20,110 nucleotides of DNA, from positions 192,701 through 212,810 of the forward strand of contig JBAYFY010000002.1 in the NCBI GenBank assembly GCA_041666945.1. Reading direction: 5' to 3'. The stretch comes from Candidatus Buchananbacteria bacterium (GTDB taxonomy: Bacteria > Patescibacteriota > Patescibacteriia > 2-01-FULL-39-33). Numbering within the stretch: position 1 is the stretch's first letter; each line of letters begins with the position of its first letter. Position numbers and translations under genes: made by a program. Shown piece after piece: positions 14,587 to 20,110 of this stretch. The notes beneath the pieces are model-generated. The model saw nothing but the letters and a program-made list of their open reading frames with translations, made no database searches and had not been told where the DNA came from.

Positions 14587-15735
14587 TTAGCGGAGGCGCA
14601 TCTTTTTCCGGCGAGCCGAATTGCCAAAACGGTGCGCCTCATCCCTGGCTTGCTTGAGCGTAATCAGCATATTAACGGCTAATTCGCGGACATTTGGGGG
14701 CGTGCCGGCGGAATATACCAATTTGTCTCCGCCGAATTTGGATAAACCCAAAAGCGGCTTGTTGATTTTTAATCGTTTGAATAATTTAACAATCCGGCTG
14801 ACTTGCGGACGGCCGCCGTCAATTAAAAAAATGTCGGGCCAAGGCCATTCCGGATGATTAAGGCGGCGGCTGATCATTTCTTCCAGCGCTTGCAAATCGT
14901 TATTGGTCGCCGTCTTGATATTGAACAGGCGGTATTGCGACTTATCCGGCTGACCGCCGACAAATACGGCCATGGCGCCGACAGTTTCTTTGCCGGACAA
15001 GTGCGAGATGTCATACGCTTCAATGCGCCCGGCGCTGTGGCCGGAAATTTCATCGCGACTGATGAGTGAAGCGTCGGAGATGTGGCGGAAGGCCTTGGCC
15101 AATCCCGGATTCTCCCGGGTTAATCTTTTTACTAATTGTTTTTTCTTGCCGGCAAACAGCCAAATGATATTGCGGATATTCTTTTTGTATTCTTGCGGCG
15201 TAATGGCGGAAACGCAAACGCCCGGACATAAGCCGATCTGGTAATCAAAGCAGGGTTGGCCGCTATCCGGCTGGCAAGTGGAATAAGGAAACAAGCGGCG
15301 AATAATACGCAAGGCGTTTTTAATCAATGTGGCGTTTAAATACGGCCCGAAAATACGCGCCTGTCCCGGCGAATACTTGTTTAAGTCCTTGCCACGGACG
15401 ATAATCGGCTTGGGCCAATCGCTTTTGGCGATTACCACGTAAGCGAATGAACGGTCGTCTTTGTCTTTAATATTGTATTTGGGCCAGAACTTTTTGATTA
15501 GGTTGGCTTCCAAAATTATCGCCTCTAAAACCGAATCGGTTTTTTCACTTTTGATATTTTTGGCCAATGATACCATCTCCCTTATCCGCGGCTCCACATC
15601 CGGACGGAAATATTGTAAAACCCGCCGGCGCAAGTTGGTGGCGCGACCCACGTATAATATTTTTCCCTGGCCGTCCAACCAGCGATAAACGCCGGGCGTT
15701 AAAGGCAATTTGCCGGCCTTTTCTTTGAGATTCAT
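14587..15735 (-). CDS. uvrC: UvrC-like excinuclease, compact form (GIY-YIG, Cys-rich region and RNase-H-like endonuclease domain; no C-terminal HhH)
   Basis: A 382-aa protein with the GIY-YIG motif GVYRWLDGQGKILYVGRATNLRRRVLQYF, the Cys cluster CQPDSGQPCFDYQIGLCPGVC, and the UvrC endonuclease domain (RIEAYDISHLSG...VGAMAVF...YRLFNI...DIFLIDGGRPQ...RDEAHRF). Canonical UvrC is about 600 aa. Confidence 0.75.
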   Translation of the reverse strand: MNLKEKAGKLPLTPGVYRWLDGQGKILYVGRATNLRRRVLQYFRPDVEPRIREMVSLAKNIKSEKTDSVLEAIILEANLIKKFWPKYNIKDKDDRSFAYVVIAKSDWPKPIIVRGKDLNKYSPGQARIFGPYLNATLIKNALRIIRRLFPYSTCQPDSGQPCFDYQIGLCPGVCVSAITPQEYKKNIRNIIWLFAGKKKQLVKRLTRENPGLAKAFRHISDASLISRDEISGHSAGRIEAYDISHLSGKETVGAMAVFVGGQPDKSQYRLFNIKTATNNDLQALEEMISRRLNHPEWPWPDIFLIDGGRPQVSRIVKLFKRLKINKPLLGLSKFGGDKLVYSAGTPPNVRELAVNMLITLKQARDEAHRFGNSARRKKMRLR

Positions 15736-15796
15736 GATTTTATATTAGCATATAAGCGCCTTAACACAAAGCTTTAATGATAAAACGTCTGATTGC

Positions 15797-15825
15797 TTGA
15801 CAAATCAACCAAAATCAGCTAATAT
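15797..15825 (+). promoter_or_regulatory. Sigma70 promoter for rpmA (TTGACA-17-TAATAT)
   Basis: TTGACA at 15797-15802, a 17-nt spacer, and TAATAT at 15820-15825. The region also holds the divergent uvrC upstream sequence. Confidence 0.55.
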
Positions 15826-15867
15826 TAGATCAATCGTTAAAAAAACCAAATTTAAGCAAAATATACT

Positions 15868-16140
15868 ATGTCCACAAAAAAAGCAGGCGGCAGTACAAGA
15901 TTGGGCCGAGATTCCAACGCGCAACGCTTAGGCATTAAGCTCTACGGAGGCGAAACCGCCCAGTCCGGCAATATTATCGTGCGCCAACGCGGCACCCGTT
16001 ATCGCGCCGGCAATGGCACCAAACAAGCCAAGGATGATTCCATTTTTGCCGTTCAATCAGGCAAAGTCAATTTCAATAAAAAGAAAGTCAAGAAGTTTAC
16101 CGGCAAATTGGAATACGCCCAGGTTGTTTCCGTCAAATAA
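15868..16140 (+). CDS. rpmA: 50S ribosomal protein L27
   Basis: MSTKKAGGSTRLGRDSNAQRLGIKLYGGETAQSGNIIVRQRGTRYRAGNGT..KDDSIFA carries the L27 signatures. Confidence 0.92.
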   Translation: MSTKKAGGSTRLGRDSNAQRLGIKLYGGETAQSGNIIVRQRGTRYRAGNGTKQAKDDSIFAVQSGKVNFNKKKVKKFTGKLEYAQVVSVK

Positions 16141-16171
16141 TTTCCGCCATAATTTGCCAAATAAAATTTTA

Positions 16172-16206
16172 AAACACCCCCGGATAAGCAAGGGGGTGTT
16201 TTTGTT
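16172..16206 (+). terminator. Rho-independent terminator after rpmA
   Basis: ACACCCCC ggataagca AGGGGGTGT is followed by TTTTTGTTT. Confidence 0.65.
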
Positions 16207-16207
16207 T

Positions 16208-16245
16208 CAAACAAAACGCCGCCTCGGAACAAGCCCGAGACGGCG
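16208..16245 (-). terminator. Terminator after the lytic transglycosylase gene
   Basis: CGCCGCCTCGG aacaagc CCGAGACGGCG forms a 10/11-bp stem. On the minus strand it is followed by TTTTGTTTG. Confidence 0.55.
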
Positions 16246-16256
16246 GATAAAGTGCG

Positions 16257-17270
16257 TTATGTTTTGGAGGTAGGAAGGGGGCTGGGCAAATTAGCCAATA
16301 GCACCCCGCTGTTTGAGGCGGCTTCCTTGGCGCGGGTTTCAATCCGCTTCCAAACGATGGCGTGAAACTCCTTAACTTTCCGTTCATAATTCTTGGCGCC
16401 GCCGGAATACCGCGCTAACGTTTTTGGCCAATTGCCTTTTTCCTGAATCAGGAAACGGTGCAGAACGAATGCGCCCATCCTGATGTTGTATTCCGGATTT
16501 TTCAAAATATTAATAAGCTTTTCCCGGAATTTCTTTACTTGCCGGATTCTCTCCTGCGCTTCCTTTTTATTTTTGGCCGGCTTGTCGAACTTCGGTTCCG
16601 ACCAAAGCCCGAAACGTTTTGCCACTTCCTGACCGGTGGCATATTGAACCTGCATCAGGCCGTAGGCGTCGGCGCAGGATTTGGCATTGGGATTATGCCA
16701 TGATTCTTTATGCGCTATCGCCACCAAAATTCCCCGCGGGAAACTGTAATGGCGCTCCCATTGTTCAAACATGGTCGCCCATTTATTGGCTTTCGCATCC
16801 AACACCAAAGGATTGTCTTGTTGAATAAAATCAACGTAAATATTAACTATCTCTTGCGATGACAAAAATTCCAGGCCGGCTAAAATCGGATCGGCAGTTT
16901 CCTTAACCGCCGCGATTGCCGGCTGATTAGGCAACGAGTTCTCGCCCCAACTGATTTTTTCCTGCCGCAGAAAGATTTTTTCTTCCCGCAACAACTCGGC
17001 ATCCAACTCCTTGTCATCAATAAACTCAACCGGTTCAATTATCGCAGTCCATTCCATCGGTTGAATTAAATCAACCATTCGGCAATCAAAATTGATTTTC
17101 GTGTCGGCGGCCAAGGCCCGATTTTCATCCAGCCACGCCACCAATCCCATCACGGCGGAGGTGATCAAAAAAGCCAGGACCAGCATCAGATTGATACGTC
17201 TGATGAAGGCATTGATAAAACCTTGAACTATTCGTATATCGGCCGATCGGCCTTCAAAAAAATCGTTCAT
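16257..17270 (-). CDS. Membrane-anchored lytic transglycosylase (SLT domain)
   Basis: The SLT catalytic motif is AIAHKESWHNPNAKSCADAYGLMQVQYATG, and there is an N-terminal anchor (RINLMLVLAFLITSAVMGLVAW). The start is set at ATG 17270 (MNDFFEG, with an AAAGGAA SD), because the ORF-track start at 17375 overlaps the predicted -35. Confidence 0.8.
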   Translation of the reverse strand: MNDFFEGRSADIRIVQGFINAFIRRINLMLVLAFLITSAVMGLVAWLDENRALAADTKINFDCRMVDLIQPMEWTAIIEPVEFIDDKELDAELLREEKIFLRQEKISWGENSLPNQPAIAAVKETADPILAGLEFLSSQEIVNIYVDFIQQDNPLVLDAKANKWATMFEQWERHYSFPRGILVAIAHKESWHNPNAKSCADAYGLMQVQYATGQEVAKRFGLWSEPKFDKPAKNKKEAQERIRQVKKFREKLINILKNPEYNIRMGAFVLHRFLIQEKGNWPKTLARYSGGAKNYERKVKEFHAIVWKRIETRAKEAASNSGVLLANLPSPLPTSKT

Positions 17271-17346
17271 TGTAAAGTTCCTTTTTATTTTCTCTAAATT
17301 TATTGATTTTTCCCACTCAAATTGATCGCAGTGACCAATGTCTATT

Positions 17347-17375
17347 ATTATATCATACCAGAGATTTTTTGTCAA
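17347..17375 (-). promoter_or_regulatory. Consensus sigma70 promoter for the transglycosylase (TTGACA-17-TGaTATAAT)
   Basis: The minus strand reads TTGACA AAAAATCTCTGGTATGA TATAAT TAATA. This is nearly identical in architecture to the lipoprotein promoter at 7225-7253. Confidence 0.6.
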
Positions 17376-17457
17376 GTAGTTTATCCACAGGAGAAGTAAA
17401 GGTTTAAGATTTGTGTTATATAAACTAACGCTTTATAACAAAAGATAATATATCTTC

Positions 17458-17486
17458 TTGACAGATGAATCAATATATGATAAAAT
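17458..17486 (+). promoter_or_regulatory. Sigma70 promoter (TTGACA-17-TGaTAAAAT) for the small zinc-ribbon gene
   Basis: TTGACA at 17458-17463, a 17-nt spacer, and TAAAAT at 17481-17486 with an upstream TG. Confidence 0.55.
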
Positions 17487-17535
17487 CTTATATTACAATA
17501 TTGGTGGAATAACAACAAAAAAGAAAGGATAACTC

Positions 17536-17763
17536 GTGAACAAAGTCAAAGGCGTGATCCATAATGAAGAACAAGGGGTTTGTATTCACTGCGGAGAAAT
17601 AGGATATCAAATCCATTACCATGACGGCGTCTGCCATCGTTGTTGGAAATTAGGCAAGCCCGGGAGATCCGAGGTAAAACATAAAACCCCTAAAATAATA
17701 ATGTGGGTATTATACGCTCTGGCTTTCGGCATACCGATCACGCTTGCTTGCTTGATCTTTTAA
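17536..17763 (+). CDS. Small zinc-ribbon protein with C-terminal transmembrane helix (75 aa, GTG start)
   Basis: An SD (AAAGGA) lies 6 nt before GTG 17536. The product contains CIHCGEIGYQIHYHDGVCHRCW (CxxC-x17-CxxC) and a KHKTPK ... IIMWVLYALAFGIPITLACLIF tail anchor. It has its own promoter and terminator. Confidence 0.5.
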   Translation: MNKVKGVIHNEEQGVCIHCGEIGYQIHYHDGVCHRCWKLGKPGRSEVKHKTPKIIMWVLYALAFGIPITLACLIF

Positions 17764-17765
17764 AA

Positions 17766-17801
17766 TCAAAACCCGTCCGGCCAAGTCCGAGACGGGTTTT
17801 A
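17766..17801. terminator. Bidirectional terminator between the small zinc-ribbon gene and pyrG
   Basis: AAAA ACCCGTCCGG ccaagt CCGAGACGGGT TTTT. Confidence 0.65.
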
Positions 17802-17813
17802 AATTTGCTTGGA

Positions 17814-19439
17814 TTATTTTTTCAATCCTGCCTTGATCAAACCGAAAAATAAAGGGTGCGGCTGAAGCGGCCGGGACTTGAATTCCGGATGAAACTGCAC
17901 GCCGACAAAAAACGGATGCCGATCCTTGGGCAATTCAATAATCTCCGTCAGCTGGCCGTCCGGACTCATGCCGGAAAAAACCAATCCGTGTTCTTCCATT
18001 TTCTGCTTGTAAGCCAAATTGAACTCGTAGCGATGGCGATGCCGTTCGGATATTTCCGCCGCCTGATACAAATCCCTGACCAAACTCCCCTCTTGCAGAA
18101 CGCACGGGTAAGCGCCCAAGCGCATAGTGTTGCCGTATTGCTTGTTGGCCAACTTTTCGGCCTGCTCGGGAATAATATGGATAACCGCATTCAAGGTGTG
18201 CGGATTGATTTCGGTGGTATGCGCGTCAGTCAGACCGCAGACGTTTCTGGCGAATTCAATGGTCGCCAGTTGCATGCCGTAGCATAATCCCAGATAAGGG
18301 ATTTTATTCTCCCGCGCGAATCTGATAGCTTTGATTTTCCCCTCTATTCCCCGGCTGCCAAAGCCGCCCGGCACCACTAAACAATCGTAGGCCTTCAGCT
18401 CGCTTAACTTATCAGGTTCTTTTTCATATAAATCGGAATTAATCCATTCAATCGCCGGTTTGCGGTTATTATGCCAGGCCGCGAATTTTAAACTTTCAAT
18501 TACGGAAATATAAGCGTCGGACAGGATAAAATTCCCGCTTTCAAAATACTTGCCGACAATGCCGATTTTGACCGTTTCCGTTATGCCGCTTATCTTGTCC
18601 ACGAATGTTCGCCATTCCGTTAAATCTTGTTGACGCGGTTCCAGATTCAAAACCTTCAAGATCTTATTGCCCAAATCCTCTTTTTCAAAATTAACCGGAA
18701 TATCGTAAATACTGTCCACATCAGGCGCTGATACCACGTTTTCCGGACGAATATTGCAGAACAGGGCCAGTTTGGCGCGGCGCGGCTCGTCTACCGGATG
18801 GCTGGAACGGCACAAAAGAAAGTCCGGCTGGATGCCGACTTCATTGATGGCGCGCACTGCCATCTGCGTCGGCTTGGTTTTCATTTCCCCTATTTTGGAC
18901 GGCACCGGCAGATAACTAACCATGACAAAAGCCACATCGCCGGGGTGCTGGAACTTGAGCATTCTGGCCGCTTCCAAATACAAAACATTCTGGAACTCGC
19001 CGACTGTGCCGCCGATTTCAATAATGCTGATTTCCGCATCGGCTTTTTCCATCGCCCGATTAATGCGATCAATCACCTCGTAAGGGACGTGGGGCACCGC
19101 TTCCACGCACTTGCCGCCGTATTCCAAATTGCGTTCGCGATTAATCACCGACTGATAGACGCGGCCCGAAGTCATGTAGTTATCGCGATAAATATTTTGA
19201 TCCAGAAATCTTTCATAATTGCCGATGTCCTGGTCGGTCTCATCGCCGTCTTCAGTCACAAACACTTCGCCATGTTCTACGGGATTCATGGTGCCGGCGT
19301 CCACGTTAAGATAGGGATCGATTTTTAGGGCTGTAACTTTAAAACCTTTGGCCGCCAAAATTTTGCCAATGGAAGCCGTGGCCACTCCTTTGCCGACTCC
19401 CGACATTACTCCGCCCATGACGAAAATGTACTTGGACAT
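17814..19439 (-). CDS. pyrG: CTP synthase
   Basis: MSKYIFVMGGVMSGVGKGVATASIGKILAAKGFKVTALKIDPYLNVDAGTMNP is the canonical N-terminus. The glutamine amidotransferase Cys motif is GLCYGMQ, and the total length is 541 aa. Confidence 0.93.
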   Translation of the reverse strand: MSKYIFVMGGVMSGVGKGVATASIGKILAAKGFKVTALKIDPYLNVDAGTMNPVEHGEVFVTEDGDETDQDIGNYERFLDQNIYRDNYMTSGRVYQSVINRERNLEYGGKCVEAVPHVPYEVIDRINRAMEKADAEISIIEIGGTVGEFQNVLYLEAARMLKFQHPGDVAFVMVSYLPVPSKIGEMKTKPTQMAVRAINEVGIQPDFLLCRSSHPVDEPRRAKLALFCNIRPENVVSAPDVDSIYDIPVNFEKEDLGNKILKVLNLEPRQQDLTEWRTFVDKISGITETVKIGIVGKYFESGNFILSDAYISVIESLKFAAWHNNRKPAIEWINSDLYEKEPDKLSELKAYDCLVVPGGFGSRGIEGKIKAIRFARENKIPYLGLCYGMQLATIEFARNVCGLTDAHTTEINPHTLNAVIHIIPEQAEKLANKQYGNTMRLGAYPCVLQEGSLVRDLYQAAEISERHRHRYEFNLAYKQKMEEHGLVFSGMSPDGQLTEIIELPKDRHPFFVGVQFHPEFKSRPLQPHPLFFGLIKAGLKK

Positions 19440-19522
19440 AATTTATATCAATTAAAAGTTAAAAATATGGTTTAAATTTAAACAAAATTGTAATCCGCCG
19501 ACTAATGGAGTGGATAAAATCA

Positions 19523-19551
19523 TTGACAAAATATTTAATGTATGCTACAAT
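19523..19551 (+). promoter_or_regulatory. Sigma70 promoter (TTGACA-17-TACAAT) for the 19694 gene
   Basis: TTGACA at 19523-19528, a 17-nt spacer, and TACAAT at 19546-19551. The predicted leader is about 135 nt. Confidence 0.55.
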
Positions 19552-19596
19552 AGTATATTCTGATATTTGTCAGAAAGTACTGTAACAATAAACACA

Positions 19597-19646
19597 ATTT
19601 CGTCATTCCCGCGCACCTTGCCTGCCGGCAGGCAGGGGCGGGAATC
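19597..19646 (+). promoter_or_regulatory. GC-rich palindromic leader element in the 5' UTR of the 19694 gene
   Basis: ATTCCCGC gcaccttg CCTGCC GGCAGG caggg GCGGGAAT forms nested stems. An internal tandem GGCAGGCAGG gives alternative pairings. The element is preceded by ATTTCGTC, as at the 10836-10890 element. Confidence 0.35.
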
Positions 19647-19693
19647 CAACAACCTCTCCGTCATCAAAAAGAAAGGAAACATCATGCAACCTA

Positions 19694-20110
19694 TCAGTTA
19701 TTCAAGGCAGTGGAAGCTTACCGTTCGTTGGTCATTAATCGCCGGCATAACCGCCGGATTATTCTGGATCACCTGGTATCTGATTTATGGCTCGGTGCCG
19801 GTAACGGACAAGATATTGTGGCTTGCCAACGAGCAAGACCGAACCAGGGATGTTTTTCTTCAACTGCCAGTGGCGCTGTCGCGATGGTGGGATATCCCAT
19901 CCGCCATGTTGTGGTCAACTGTCATTATTGGGGTGATTAGTTTCACCTTAAGAAAAAAACCCGGCGAACAGTTTGATATCGGTGAACAGTTTTATCTCTA
20001 TGTCATTTTGTTAATCGCCGGTTCGTGTCTCGGTCTGAGCTTAGGTCTGGGCTTAGGTCTGGGCTTAGGTCTAAACGCCGGTTCGTGTCTCGCTCTGGGC
20101 GCTGGTCTGG
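19694..20110 (+). CDS. Membrane protein with C-terminal (Gly-Leu)n repeat, 5' part only (it continues past the window end)
   Basis: An SD (AAAGGAAAC) precedes ATG 19694. The frame is open to the window end and translates MQPISYSRQWKLTVRWSLIAGITAGLFWITWYLIYG...LYVILLIAGSCLGLSLGLGLGLGLGLNAGSCLALGAGL. This frame was missing from the ORF track, which listed the overlapping frame 19710-19940 instead. Confidence 0.5.
20014..20110 (+). repeat. In-frame tandem repeats: a 12-bp unit (GGTCTGGGCTTA) x ~3.5 nested in a ~60-bp duplication (CGCCGGTTCGTGTCTCG appears twice)
   Basis: The sequence reads ggtctgagcttaggtctgggcttaggtctgggcttaggtcta. The flanking motif cgccggttcgtgtctcg occurs at 20016-20032 and again at 20076-20092. 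Confidence 0.6.

Noticed and set aside
14621-15688. Plus-strand ORFs inside uvrC
   Set aside because: Antisense to a gene with clear GIY-YIG and endonuclease motifs.
17856-19328. Plus-strand ORFs inside pyrG (17856-18287, 18798-19328) and minus 17966-18190, 18890-19072
   Set aside because: Alternate or antisense frames of the CTP synthase gene.
19710-19940. ORF-track frame 19710-19940 (+)
   Set aside because: It has no SD. The overlapping frame from ATG 19694 has an SD and encodes coherent TM helices, and it continues open to the window end.
20014-20110. CRISPR array
   Set aside because: The repeats are 12-bp in-frame units with no spacers, inside an ORF, and therefore a coding tandem repeat rather than CRISPR. 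I saw no CRISPR-like repeat-spacer structure elsewhere in the window.
1-20110. tRNA/rRNA genes, transposases, integrases and prophage remnants
   Set aside because: No spacer has a tRNA-like T-arm or acceptor pattern. No ORF has recombinase or transposase motifs, and no long inverted or direct repeats flank any gene.

Overview
This window reads as a compact, gene-dense bacterial chromosomal segment of roughly 45-50% GC, with short intergenic spacers that carry recognisable sigma70-type promoters and hairpin/T-tract terminators. I identify these housekeeping genes from conserved motifs: LepA/EF4 (partial), the MurJ lipid II flippase, a fused ADP-forming acetyl-CoA synthetase, pyruvate phosphate dikinase, a PfkB-family sugar kinase, a short TruB, a compact UvrC-like nuclease, ribosomal protein L27, a membrane-anchored lytic transglycosylase and CTP synthase. 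A 13-kb block from 15735 down to 2314 is transcribed entirely from the minus strand. Between the conserved genes sit unrecognisable secreted, lipoprotein and membrane proteins. The gene content (ADP-forming ACS plus PPDK, truncated TruB and UvrC, many orphan envelope proteins) suggests a reduced-genome fermentative bacterium, possibly of the CPR/Patescibacteria type, but that is inference only. The most unusual loci are: (i) a low-GC, translationally coupled two-gene cassette of 76 and 133 aa between the PfkB kinase and ppdK, preceded by a GC-rich palindromic leader whose motif recurs upstream of another gene; (ii) a Gly- and aromatic-rich lipoprotein with GC3-rich codon usage unlike its neighbours, driven by a perfect consensus promoter; (iii) a three-gene envelope operon of unknown function; and (iv) an in-frame 12-bp tandem repeat encoding (GL)n in a membrane protein at the window edge. 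I found no tRNA or rRNA genes, CRISPR arrays, transposases or integrases.
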